A stretch of DNA of 63,920 nt, filler included, from Octopus bimaculoides (taxonomy: Eukaryota): the NCBI RefSeq assembly GCF_001194135.2. It is 5 parts of 5 records of this genome, joined end to end, with 100 filler letters (N's around TTAATTAATTAA, not from the genome) between each part and the next. Parts side by side here need not be neighbours in the genome. Positions count along the whole stretch, not along the records: positions 10,061 to 39,944 come from NC_068982.1; 4 more parts are not named here. One strand, 5' to 3'. Below the pieces are notes generated by a model that did no database searches, had not been told where the DNA came from, and saw nothing but the letters and a program-made list of their open reading frames with translations. Positions 25,210 through 36,822 of this stretch are shown piece after piece. Made by a program: the position numbers and the translations under genes. Position 1 is the first letter of the stretch. Each line of letters opens with the position of its first letter.

Positions 25210-26160
25210 TAACAGCTTTTGTTATATTTCTACAGCCATGCTACATGGCAGTGAAACATGGGCTGTGACTGCTGAGGACATGCGTAAGCTCGCAAGGAAT
25301 GAAGCCAGTATGCTCCGCTGGATGTGTAATGTAAATGTGCATACCCGTCAGAGTGTAAGTATCTTGAGAGAAAAGCTGAACATAAGAAGCGTCAGTAGTG
25401 GTGTGCAAGAGAGACGATTGCGCTGGTTTGGACATGTGGTGAGAATGAATGAGGATAGCTGCGTGAAAAAGTGCCACTNNNNNNNNNNNNNNNNNNNNNN
25501 NNNNNNNNNNNNNNNNNNNNNNNNNNNNNNNNNNNNNNNNNNNNNNNNNNNNNNNNNNNNNNNNNNNNNNNNNNNNNNNNNNNNNNNNNNNNNNNNNNNN
25601 NNNNNNNNNNNNNNNNNNNNNNNNNNNNNNNNNNNNNNNNNNNNNNNNNNNNNNNNNNNNNNNNNNNNNNNNNNNNNNNNNNNNNNNNNNNNNNNNNNNN
25701 NNNNNNNNNNNNNNNNNNNNNNNNNNNNNNNNNNNNNNNNNNNNNNNNNNNNNNNNNNNNNNNNNNNNNNNNNNNNNNNNNNNNNNNNNNNNNNNNNNNN
25801 NNNNNNNNNNNNNNNNNNNNNNNNNNNNNNNNNNNNNNNNNNNNNNNNNNNNNNNNNNNNNNNNNNNNNNNNNNNNNNNNNNNNNNNNNATCGTTGCTAG
25901 TGCCCCTGGACTGGCTCTTGTGCGGGTGGCACATAAAAGACACCATTTCGAGCGTGGCCGTTTTCGTGCGGGTTACACTTAAAAGCACCCACTACACTCT
26001 CTGAGTGGTTGGCGTTAGGAAGGGCATCCAGCTGTAGAAACTCTGCCAAATTAGATTGGAGCCTGGTGTAGCCATCCGGTTGCACCAGTCCTCAGTCAAA
26101 TCGTCCAACCCATGCTAGCATGGAAAGTGGATGTTAAACGATGATGATGATGATGATGAT
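25210..26160 (+). mobile_element. Young RTE 3' fragment (RT C-terminus, N gap, family B tail)
   Basis: AMLHGSETWAVTAEDMRKLARNEASMLRWMC...VQERRLRWFGHVVRM; over 90% identical by eye to the reverse complement of 39680-39915; ends in (GAT)n. Confidence 0.92.
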
Positions 26161-26264
26161 ACATACATATACACACACACACACACATTTATATATATAG
26201 TGAGAATTTACAAAAAGGCAAAAGACGAAGACGGGTGTGTAAACAACAAACAGATGTGAGAAAG

Positions 26265-26302
26265 CCTTTTATGTTTCGAGCCTACGCTTTTCAACAGAAA
26301 GG
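26265..26302 (-). ncRNA. Minimal type I hammerhead-like motif (variant core)
   Basis: Minus: CCUUU-CUGUUGA-A-AAGC-GUAG-GCUC-GAAA-CAU-A-AAAGG; stem I CCUUU/AAAGG. A6 is U and stem II has one mismatch. Confidence 0.5.
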
Positions 26303-26402
26303 AACACAGAAATAAACAGGGAGAAAAAATAGAAAAGGCTTAGTGGCTAGCGATCTATCATAGCGAATATATATATACTATATATATAGTATATATACCC
26401 AC

Positions 26403-26669
26403 GGGCATATGGCGTAGTGGTTAAGAGCATGGGCCACTAACTCAAGATTCCGAGTTCGATTCCAGGCAGTGACCTGAATAATAATAATAATAAAAACATT
26501 GAAAAATACCTTAGGAACGAGAACCCAGGTTCAAAATTTCTCCAAGACACCTGATGAAGGCTAAGAGGGTATATCAGCCAAAACGTGTTAACAGCAAACA
26601 AGATGACAAAAAATATCCGTCGAATATAAAAAATGTACATAATTCCTCATCTCTTAAATACAGAACTGT
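26403..26669 (+). mobile_element. tRNA-headed SINE-like element carrying a hammerhead-like motif
   Basis: A box tggcgtagtgg 26410-26420, B box agttcgattcc 26453-26463, (AAT)n linker, HHR-like motif at 26547-26589. Tail cataattcctcatctcttaaatacagaactgt is repeated at about 28793-28826. Confidence 0.75.
26547..26589 (+). ncRNA. Degenerate type I hammerhead-like motif
   Basis: ACAC-CUGAUGA-A-GGCU...AGCC-AAAA-CGUGUU. G12 of GAAA appears mutated to A (CpG-type change) and the cleavage-site region is shortened; this copy is probably inactive. Confidence 0.55.
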
Positions 26670-26689
26670 ATATATTCTTTTATTATTCT

Positions 26690-26890
26690 TTTATTTTAGT
26701 CATTTGGCTGTGGCCATGCTGGAGCACCGCCTTTAGTCGAGTAAATTGACCTCAGGACTTATTCTTTGTAAACCTAGTACTTATTCTATAAGTATCTCTT
26801 GCCGAACCGCTAAGTGACGGGGACGTAAACACACCAGCATCGGTTGTCAAGAGATGCTGGGAGGACAAACACAGACACACAAACATATAC
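26690..26890 (-). mobile_element. SINE family A, 3' half
   Basis: Near match to 455-590. Confidence 0.88.
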
Positions 26891-26998
26891 ATATATATAT
26901 ATAGGGAGAATTCACCCCAAAAAAAAAACAAAAGATGAAGACAGGTGGTGTAGAAAACAAACAGATGTATTAGTATAACGCTCGGGAATTGAAAAAGA

Positions 26999-27035
26999 CT
27001 TTAACGTTTCGAGCCTATGCTCTTCCACAGAAAGG
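26999..27035 (-). ncRNA. Minimal type I hammerhead-like motif (variant core), best preserved copy
   Basis: Minus: CCUUU-CUGUGGA-A-GAGC-AUAG-GCUC-GAAA-CGUU-AAAG; perfect 4-bp stem II, palindromic AACGUU at stem III, stem I CUUU/AAAG. A6 is U. It lies in a short repeat (26905-27095) paralogous to 26190-26345. Confidence 0.6.
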
Positions 27036-27227
27036 AACACAGAAAGAAACAAGGAGAGAAAAAAAATGTGTGTAGTGGTTAGCGATCTATCATGATATAT
27101 ATNNNNNNNNNNNNNNNNNNNNNNNNNNNNNNNNNNNNNNNNNNNNNNNNNNNNNNNNNNNNNNNNNNNNNNNNNNNNNNNNNNNNNNNNNNNNNNNNNN
27201 NNNNNNNNNNNNNNNNNNNNNNNTATA

Positions 27228-28245
27228 CGCTGGTCACGTGTGTCCAGCTTCTGTCTCCTTTCTTATCTTGGCTACTGCCAAGCTAGCACAAACTTCTTCT
27301 CTCTCCCTTCCAGTTCGTCTCATCAAAGCGTTCAATATACATATATATTTTTTCACGTCTGGCCCAACTAGCCCTTCTTGTTTATTTTCAGTTTCGTTTT
27401 CCTGTCATGTTTTCTGTTCGACATGATATTCCTGTACCCAGATATGCATCTATATATATACATGTAGATGTAGGTATGTACATACATGTACGTATATATG
27501 CATATACTCACATATTATTTGTATTATTACATGATCAAACGCACGCAGCATCTTTGCAAGTAAGTTTTAACTTTATATTTCTGACGCAACTCTATCTATC
27601 TTCGTATCTTTCTCCCCCTCTCGTTCTTCCTTCTGTTGTTCTTCGCCTCTCCCCTTCACTACTATATATCTCTCTCTTCCTCCCTGTCTCTCGTTGCTCA
27701 CCTATATTCTACTTCCTCCCCTTTTTTTCTCTCTCTACCACTCTTTCTCCTTACCCCTCGCTGGTCACGTGTGTCCGGCTTTTGCCTCCTTTCTTATCTT
27801 GGCTACTGCCAAGCCAGCACGAACTTTTCTCTCTCTTCCAGTTCATCTCATCACAGCGTTCAGTATACATATATATTTTTTCACGCCTGGCCCTACTAGC
27901 CCTTCTTGTTTATTTTCACTGTTTCATTTTCCTGTCATGTTTTCTGTTCGCCATGATATTCCTCTGCACTACAAATTTAATTTGTTTCCGCAGGAAGAGC
28001 CATTCTAACAATGCGTCCTGCCCTAACTCTTCGAAACGCTTAGTTTCAGAATGGTGGCAGCTGATGAAGGAAATGTTCTCTATGTGGCCTGTGTGTTTTC
28101 TGTACTCTGTTTATGTTCTGTTTTTCATTTTGTCCACGTTTTTTTGTGACGTCCTGTACTAGATATACATCTATATATACATGTTGATGTAGGTATGTAC
28201 ATACATGTACGTATATATGCATATACTCACATATTATTTGTATTA
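27228..28245. repeat. Partial tandem duplication: 27228-27526 vs 27759-28245, the second copy with an extra about 190 bp
   Basis: cgctggtcacgtgtgtcc...catgatattcct and tgtac(c/t)agatat...cacatattatttgtatta are both duplicated at about 90% identity. Confidence 0.88.
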
Positions 28246-28594
28246 TATACATATATATATATAAGCAATAATAAATCTCTGAATGAGGTATAAACAGTAG
28301 CTGCACGACAACGTGAAGTATATTTGCCACTTAAATGTGGCTAACCACTAAGGGTGCATGCTACTGTAGCTTGTAACCCCAGGAGGACACCTCCTCCAGC
28401 TGGCTATTGACACACTTTCTGTGCCCTATCNNNNNNNNNNNNNNNNNNNNNNNNNNNNNNNNNNNNNNNNNNNNNNNNNNNNNNNNNNNNNNNNNNNNNN
28501 NNNNNNNNNNNNNNNNNNNNNNNNNNNNNNNNNNNNNNNNNNNNNNNNNNNNNNNNNNNNNNNNNNNNNNNNNNNNNNNNNNNNNNNNNNNNNN

Positions 28595-28766
28595 ATATAT
28601 ATATACAACGGGCTTCTTTCAGTTTCCGTCTACCAAATACATTCATAAGGCTTTGGTTGGCCCGAGGCTATTGTAGAAGACACTTGCCCAAGGTGCCACG
28701 CAGTGGGACTGAACCCAGAACCATGTGGTTGGTAAGCAAGCTACTTACCACACAGCTATGCCTGCA
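28595..28766 (-). mobile_element. SINE family A, 5' half
   Basis: gggcttctttcagtttccgtctacc...gtgggactgaacccagaaccatgtggttggtaagcaagctacttaccacacagc. Confidence 0.9.
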
Positions 28767-28957
28767 CCTGTATATAAATAATGTAAATAATCTACATAAT
28801 TCCTCATCTCTTAAATACAGAACTGTGTGTATATATAGATATATATATATATATTATTTATGTGCTTACTCCGGTATATATTATATATATATATATATAC
28901 ATATATATTTACATGTATATACATATATATACATATAGATATATACATATATATATA

Positions 28958-29405
28958 TGTGCGGGTGGCACATAAAATACACCATTTTGAGCGTGGCTGT
29001 TGCCAGTACCGCCTGACTGGCCTTCGTGCGGGTGACACGTAAAAGCACCCACTACACTCTCTGAGTGGTTGGCGTTAGGAAGGGCATCCAGCTGTAAAAA
29101 CTCTGCCAAATCAGATTGGAGCCTGGTGTTGCCATCCGGTTTCACCAGTCCTCAGTCCTACACTCCGAGAGTGTAGTGGGGGCTTTTACATGCCACCGAC
29201 ATGAGGGCCAGTCAGGTGGTACTGGCAACAGCCACACTCAAAAGGTTTTTCTTTTTTCCTGCCACCTGCACAGGAGCCAGTCCAGCGGCACAGGCAACGA
29301 CCTCGCTCGAATAATTTTTTCACATGCCACCAGCACAAGTGCCAGTAGTGCCACAAGTGCTGGTAATGATCACACTCGAATGGTGCTCTTGGCGCTCCAC
29401 TAGCA
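28958..29405. mobile_element. Family B inverted pair (plus about 28958-29158, minus about 29160-29405)
   Basis: 28960-29060 is reverse-complementary to about 29170-29275; junction micro-palindrome ctacactc-cga-gagtgtag. Confidence 0.85.
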
Positions 29406-29767
29406 TGGATGCCAGTTATGCAGTGCCGTCATTGAATTTGACTTCGATTTCGTTTTCAGTTGCCTCAACAAACCTTTGCAAGTAGAGTTTAGTGTCTAAT
29501 GAAGGAAAGGCTACGCATAAGTGGGCTGGTTACAACCCTGGCATAGGTTATGGGTTATGTCTCATTTGGCTTGCTGAGTCTTCTCAAGCACAACATATTT
29601 CCAAAGGTCTCGGTCACTAGTCATTGCCTCGGTGAGGCCTAATGTTCGAAGGTCGTGCTTCACCACCTAATCACAGGTCTTCCTGGGTCTACCTCTTCCA
29701 CAATCTCTCTCAACCCCTAGGGTGTGGCACTTTATCACACAGCTATCCTCATCCATTCTCACTATAT
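29405..29767 (-). mobile_element. RTE LINE 3' coding end and UTR
   Basis: Minus translation ..VKHDLRTLGLTEAMTSDRDLWKYVVLEKTQQAK*; upstream sequence matches 39660-39720. Confidence 0.8.
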
Positions 29768-29906
29768 NNNNNNNNNNNNNNNNNNNNNNNNNNNNNNNNN
29801 NNNNNNNNNNNNNNNNNNNNNNNNNNNNNNNNNNNNNNNNNNNNNNNNNNNNNNNNNNNNNNNNNNNTTTATAAACTAATTAAATCGTTAAAAATTGAAT
29901 TCTTAC

Positions 29907-29998
29907 CCAGCCATGACATGCAGAAACATAAGAAAGATGTTGAGACACAATACCAGCATGTTAGTATACGACGCCATCGTCAGCACGAATGTTGCTAT
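29907..29998 (-). CDS. Candidate internal exon (92 nt, phase 0 to 2) encoding a hydrophobic, TM-like segment
   Basis: Acceptor atttggtgcag|, donor tgg|gtaaga; only one open frame: IATFVLTMASYTNMLVLCLNIFLMFLHVMA(G). Not repeat-like; no homologue recognised. Confidence 0.45.
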
Positions 29999-32389
29999 CT
30001 GCACCAAATAATTAAAAATCAAATCTAATAGAAGCCAATAGATAGATATAAAATGTCAATTAAAAAATTATGTATAATATTTCTGAATATTTTATAAATT
30101 ATTAGATTATTACGTTTTAAAAAGAAAGTAGTAAAAGAATGAATTTTGCTGCATTGTTATATTCGGTTATAGTGATACAAATGGAGTCAGGGTATCGATA
30201 ATACCGCTTGTATTTTTAATTTTAGACTATTTATCTGACGAAAATTTAGTTTGAGTTGATATTGCGAAGATTTAAAATAAAACTGAGGAGTTACTCACTA
30301 TACATTTACGGTTTTGAAAGTTATGTTGTAAAGATGAAACAACTGTCTAAACTACAGTTTAGTGCCTCATAACATTCCTAAAAATGTAACATTTTAATGA
30401 ACTTTTGGAGAAAAAGCTTTCGGTAATGTAAATTATAATTATGTTGGTAACATCTTTTTTAAACATTTTTTCCGGGGGAGATTTGAGTGATTCCACTTCC
30501 TGAACTTTTTCTTAAGGCACTCTTCAAAATTTAAAGCTGGTAAGCCAAGACAGAATGAGAAAGGGGATCTTGTTAAATTTCTTCCAACCATTTTAAGTAT
30601 TTTAAATTTTCACTTGATTGTTTTTCAAATTTTCTACGCTAATGTACTTTCGTATGTTGATGAAAATCGCCTTCATTTTTCCTTAGAAATTAGTAATAAA
30701 GTTATATACTTTTAGCCAATCGTTAACCTTTGTTGTCAAAATTACGGAAGTTGCATCTGTTTGTTGCCATGGAAATCAATAAACATTAGGTTAAGACAAC
30801 GAAGTCGAAACCGTTACTTGGTTTCTAAAAATAGTAGCCTAATCGTCCTTAAACTTCACTATCACGTAAAAAAAGATGTGTTATCATTCAACTACGGTAG
30901 TAGTCGAATAATATTCTTAACGTAGCTTTTTTGTCGCAGTTGGCGTCTTTCAAGCAGTCTCACTAATTCAGTTTTAATTTAAATCAAATTTAATTTTTTT
31001 AATTATGTTTGACTAGTGATAAACTACATTTAAACATAAAATACTTAAAATCTGGTGCAGTAGAACAAAAGTTAAGAGAAAAAAATGTATAGACCAAACT
31101 GGCTGACTGACGGGTAGTAACGCCCGACATTGACACTTTGAATCCACCCCATTCTTTTAATTTTGATTAAGAATTATATTGATATTAATAAGAGAAATGT
31201 TAAAGGAATATATTGGTAAAGGTTTCGTAAAACATTTTTTCCATTAGAAAGCAAGATATTTAATTTTAATTCTCAAATCAATTTTTGTGTGGTATTAAAG
31301 GGACACTACTCATATATGAACTAAGCTATTTCTTAGACGCACACACAACAAAAGATAAAGGACAACACAAATCGATACAAAGAGTTCTAATATTTATTTT
31401 CATTAGTCTAAATTATTTTTTATAAAAAATGAAATTTTTTTGCTTAATTTTTTTGTACTATGGGTCTTTTAAGTCCGCTAAGTATATCACTTAATTCTTC
31501 CAGGAACCACATTTTTCAGCAATTTGTGGAGGGTGTACTCTCATTCTTGAAATTACAATTTTGAGCATAGAACAATGAACCACAGCATTGGGTTTGTTAA
31601 CTTGAAAGATGATACCCACACTCAAGAAGTGGAGAGAACATGAGCCTCTGTAAAGTGAGATAATAAACAACACTGTGGCACTCACTGTCCTATGGTAGAT
31701 TCATATCTCCGTAAATTTATGTAGCACAGGAGATATGAAAATTGTGATTTGTTCAAGAAACTGCTCAAATACATTTCTAACTTTTGTTTTCAATGAACTG
31801 GTCAACAAAATGTTTTTTAAAATATTTGTTTTTAGATAAATCTTTTAAGTTTGTGTTATAAATTTCTTATTTTGAGAAATATTCAATTTGCAATGTGCTG
31901 TTTATCACATTAAATACATTTTTGAATGCTTAAGAATACAAAATACATGTTATTTACTCGATTTTTTTTTTTGCCATTGAGGTGGTTGTGAGGTGAGCTA
32001 AACAATTTTTGTTTGCATAATCATATGAATTCTCAAGTGTAGAACACAAATTTGCAAAAATTTTCTGAAAATTCCAAAAAATAAAAAAGTTATGAGGGGT
32101 TATATGTCATGCATAATTCATTTGTTTACAATTTCATATAAAGACACGTGCTATTTTCAAGATGTTGACAAAATGTGCAGTCACACACAAAATGACAGCT
32201 TCCAAATCCTGTTTCTTGGCTGAGTAAAAATTATCAAACTTTAAACCTCTATAACTTATTTAAAAATTTTGAGGGAAAAAGTGAAATATTTCCAGCAATT
32301 CAGCTAGGAAAACTACATTAATGTACCAAATTTTAAAATTTTCAATAAACTTTGATTTTTGAAATCTTGGCAGCCAAACAGAAAAGATC

Positions 32390-34560
32390 CATCAGTCATC
32401 TCAATTACTCAAGAGTTATACTTTTGGCTCACCCCATTCCAGATGCACCCTTATCATTAATGGTTGATGCATCAGATGTAGGAATTGGCAGAGATTTGTT
32501 CTAAACACTTGGTAACCACTTCCCTATTTTCCCAAATACCTCAAACCAGCAGAGTCAAAGTATAGCACCTTCAGTGGAGAATTTTTGGCTGTTTATTTAA
32601 GCTGTGAAACATTTCTGGAATTTTCTTGAGGGACGACAGTTTATGGTTTTTACCAATCACAAGCCATTACTTTTGCTCTGCAGTCGAAAACAGATACATA
32701 TTTGCCCAGAGACTTACAACCTTTGGATTTCATTTCACAATACACTCTTGATATTCATTACATCAAGCTGAAACTTTATCTTGCTTACATGTAGTGGGAT
32801 ATGTAGCAAAAGATGTTATTGAGGTAGCAGATGAAATAGGCATGTGGACGACATCAAAGTAAAACAATGGGAAAGCATCAGATTGTAGTTTAAATAATTT
32901 ATTTAATTAACAAATTTATATGTTGTATACACCAGAAAATCCACTATATGACATTACCAACTTGCTTTGTGTTGGTGAAGTAAAAAAATAAACAGGAGAA
33001 ATACTGTGTCGATGTGATGAGGTACAACCGGGCATGTTTTGTGTCTGTGTGTGCATTGGTCATGTGGTCATGTCTGTTTATGTTCTACCACTGCTACTGT
33101 GTCGGGTCATTCATGCTAAATATGTGGTTCTGTGTTGGGTGCTTGACTGGTGCAAGTTAACTGCTGGCTGTCAACTGTTTGCCTCTTGCTGGCTGCCTCT
33201 TGTCTCTTGACCATTTGCCTGTTGATGGCTATCTGCCCATCAGTTGTGTATCTGACTGTATTTATCATGGTCATCCCAGCTAGAAGGACAGACATACCAC
33301 AGGAGTAATTTCTACCTATCTAGGTCGCCTCCTGTCCACTTGAACCTTAAATGACACAGCTCAGGTCGGAGGTTGAAGGGAAATCCATCCATCACTTTTT
33401 GGCTGGACAAAGAAATTTCTTTTGCACCTGTTTGGCCAGTGGTGGATCAGATGAGTGAGAATCCTTAGATGTGGTTTTGAATATCAACTTGGAAAAAGGA
33501 ATGTTAGTTTTTACATACATATTAATGTTTTACATACATACATACTTGCAGCAAATTGCATTGGATCAAGAACAAGATGATGAATTTTTGTGTCTCCAAC
33601 TGTTGGAGTCACCTTCTATAGACCTCAATCTACTACCACTACATTTTACAGATTCTTCTATTTGGTGTGATGTTTCTACTAGTTATTCCAGAACTTATGT
33701 TCCTAAGAGTCATAGACAAATGTTTTTTTCAGTTCTTCAAAATATTTCTCATCCTGATATTTTAGCACTAGTGAAATTAATTTCAAATTGTTTCATGTGG
33801 CCCTGTATGTGAAAAAAGTTTGTAATTGGGTGTGCACTTGTATAGTGTGCCAGAAAGCTAAAGTTCAATGCTACATCAAGGCACCTTTGAGCACTTTTGC
33901 TACTCTAGATGCACGTTTTAAACATATCCACATAGATATTGTGGGTCCCTTGCCACCAGTTCAAAATAATATATATTTGTTGACCTATATAGATTGTTTT
34001 TCTAGATGGCCTAAAGTGAAACCCATCAATGACATTTCATTTCTCACACTTGGAAAGGTTCTGATAGCTGGGTGGATTTCGTATTTTGGAGCTCCCCTAG
34101 TTATTACTGATAGAGGTCAACAATTTAAATCAAATCTCTTTGCTGAATTTTCAAACTTGCTGGGTACTCGACAGATTCGTACCACTGCTTACCACGCCAT
34201 GTCTAATGGGATGATAGAGCATTTACATCATCAATTGAAAGCAGCTCTATGCACTTATCTCGCATCAAATATTTGGTTAGAAGTATTACCAATTGTTTTA
34301 TTGATTCTTTGAATGGTTGTCAAGGAACACCTAGGTTTTTCACCGGGGAAATTACTTTATGGCAACTTTCTTATATTAACTGGTCAGATGGTCACAAATA
34401 CAATTGCAGCTAACTGAAATTTTGATCCAGCAGATTATCTTCGTCAACTGGAAAAATACATGATGAAATTACCCCTATTAGTAACCTGATCACAATCGAT
34501 CAAGTCTTTTGTTCCACCAGATATTCATAAATGGACTTATGTTTTTATATGTAATGACGT
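32390..34560 (+). mobile_element. Ty3/Gypsy pol remnant (RNase H + integrase) with an about 770-bp insertion at 32770-33545
   Basis: RNase H: VDASDVGIG, KPAESKYSTF, HF..FLEGRQF.VFTNHKP, LDFISQY. Integrase: CDVST..YVP..SHP..WP..CIVCQ, HIHIDIVGPLP, IDCFSRWP, ITDRGQQF, TTAYHAMSNGMIE. Possible PPT and 3' LTR at about 34586-34826. Confidence 0.93.
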
Positions 34561-35311
34561 AGTCAAGCAACAAATTATTGAGACCAGAGGGGTGAGTGAT
34601 TTTCATGAAGGCAAGTCATGTTGTTTTCCTGCCGTTATTCCTCAGAGCAAAATTAATATAATGGTGCACATGTAACCAATGGCAACTGAACGGAATTCTC
34701 CAAATGATGTATGAACTTTACAATCACCAGAATTCGTGATGTTTTTTACTTAGTCCACTCTACTATTTAACGGAGGAATAAAGACCCACTGTTTTTTTAA
34801 AGTTCGTTTCTTATATCATTTCCACAAGTGAACATGCAACACATATACAACAGTATACAAGATTCTGTAGTAAAATTAAGGGAGATTTTAGATTGCTCAT
34901 TAAAATAGCGCTAAGGTACCTGCAATGAATATCAAACACATACTCAGCATATGTGAGAGCAAAGTTTGTAATATTAAATATTATATATGCATGTGTGTGA
35001 GTTTACACCAGTGTGTTTATGAGAAAAAACTGTTTTCTTTTTTAAAAACATCAAAGTTCCATAATTTCAGCAATGAGGATTCTAATTATCTAAAATTACT
35101 TAACTTTCTGTTTTCTTAATGCTTAACTAATCTTGTCTTGATATGATAAGATGCAATGTGTTTCACATTGGTTATGCTGACAGAGGGGAATTAAAACAAC
35201 AAATGGAATGTGAGTGAGTTATAGTCAGAAATGTGTGGTGCAGGTGAACTGGAGTGAGAAGTTTTATTCAGAATCTATTAAGCAAATTTCTACCATAAAC
35301 GATATATACGA

Positions 35312-35688
35312 GTGGCTGTATGGTAAAAAGCTTGCTTCCCAACCACATGGTTCCAGGTTCAGTACAACTGCATAGCACCTTGGTCTTCTACTTTAGCCTC
35401 AGGCCAACCAAAGTCTTGTGAGTAGATTTGGTAAACGGAAACTGAAAGAAGCCCATTGTATATGTGTGTGTGCATGTATTTGTGTGTCTGTGTTTGTACC
35501 CCCACCATCACTTGACAACTGATGTTGGTGTGTTTATGTCCCCATAACCTGGCAGTTTGGAAAAAGGAACCAATAGAATAAGACTAGGCTTACAAAGAGA
35601 CCAATAGAATAAGTCCTGGGGTTGATTTGTTCAACTAAAGGTGGCGCTCCAGCATAGCTGCAGGGGAATGACTGAAACAAGTGAACGA
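35312..35688 (+). mobile_element. SINE family A, near full length
   Basis: Collinear with 4367-4750; small internal duplication of accaatagaataag. Confidence 0.9.
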
Positions 35689-35699
35689 ATCTTCTACAT

Positions 35700-35900
35700 A
35701 TGTGGGAAATTCTGTCTGCAGGTGTGTTTGTGGAGTTGTTAGCTAACTCCTCCTACATCGTTTTATCAGTTTTGATGAAACTTGGCATGTCAGTAGAACT
35801 CATGTCTGGAAACCTCATTACATACTCAGATTGCTGAAAAAAATCGATAACAAGGCCCTTGGAAGGGATCCTTATATATAGTCAAGGGAAATAACCCATT
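35700..35900 (+). repeat. Possible non-autonomous Helitron/Helentron-like repeat fragment
   Basis: aactcctcctac..ttttgatgaaacttggcatg motif resembles such elements (recall only). Confidence 0.3.
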
Positions 35901-36564
35901 CATTTTCCTAAATTATTTGGTAAAAATGAAATTGAGTAGTCTTATTTCTTAGTATTTGAACTGTGAGAGTTATTTTCACAATTTATCCAGTACAACCCTT
36001 AAACAAGTAACTAATATTTTCCTAAACAATAGATCCACTTATTTCGGTTAGTTACTTATTCATGAATATACCAACACTAGTGCCCCTCTGGGAATGCACA
36101 AAAGCCCTTTTCAGAGTTATTTACTTTGAATTGTTATTATCTCATATCTGATTAGCCTGTTATTACGTAACATGCTTCACGATTTTAGTATACATACCTT
36201 ATTAGTATTTCCTCCTATGTTCTATATACTCTGGGAACGTATTAAAACCCTTTTGGGGGATACTTTAGTTGAATTCTTACTATCGGGTAACTAATTTCAA
36301 GTTATTACATAACTGACTTCACAATTTGAGTATTCATAACTTATTTGGAAGTCCTAAAACAAGATTCTGTGTAAGACAGTTTGGTATTCTCAGTAAATGC
36401 ACAAAAACCATTTTAAGGGCTACATACTTTGTATTGTTGTTATTGGATTAGTGAAACCATTATGAGAACAGAACCAAGGGATAAGCCCCACTTTCCCAAG
36501 AATTACCGGGTATGTCAGCTAGTAAAAGAATATATAAAATTACATATTACATTTTTGTTTTATA

Positions 36565-36822
36565 TAGTGATGCCACATAAAAAAGCACTGGGACTGGTAC
36601 CCCATACAACTGGTGATGGTGCCTTGTAAAAAGCATTGGTGCTGGTGTCATGTAAAAGTACTCAGTACACTGTTAAGTAGTTGGTGTTAGGAAGGATATC
36701 CAGCTATAGAAAGCATGCCAAAATAGACAATGGAGCCTTGTGCTGCCCCTGACCTTGCCAGCTTCTGTCAAACCACCCAACCTATGCCAGCATGGAAAAT
36801 GAACATTAAATGATGATGGTGT
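36565..36822 (+). mobile_element. Family B module with about four tandem gtgcc-taaaa-gca units
   Basis: gttggtgttaggaaggatatccagc...ccaacctatgccagcatggaaaatgaacattaaatgatgatg. Confidence 0.8.

Noticed and set aside
26403-26475. Functional tRNA gene
   Set aside because: A and B boxes are present, but there is no full acceptor stem or terminator and it continues into a repeat body; treated as a SINE head.
28026-28062. Permuted (type II) hammerhead: gaaac upstream of ctgatga
   Set aside because: Stem I cannot form, and stems II and III have only 2-3 weak pairs.
31296-32380. Kolobok-like DNA transposon starting ttaaagggacac
   Set aside because: No matching right terminus or transposase trace found.
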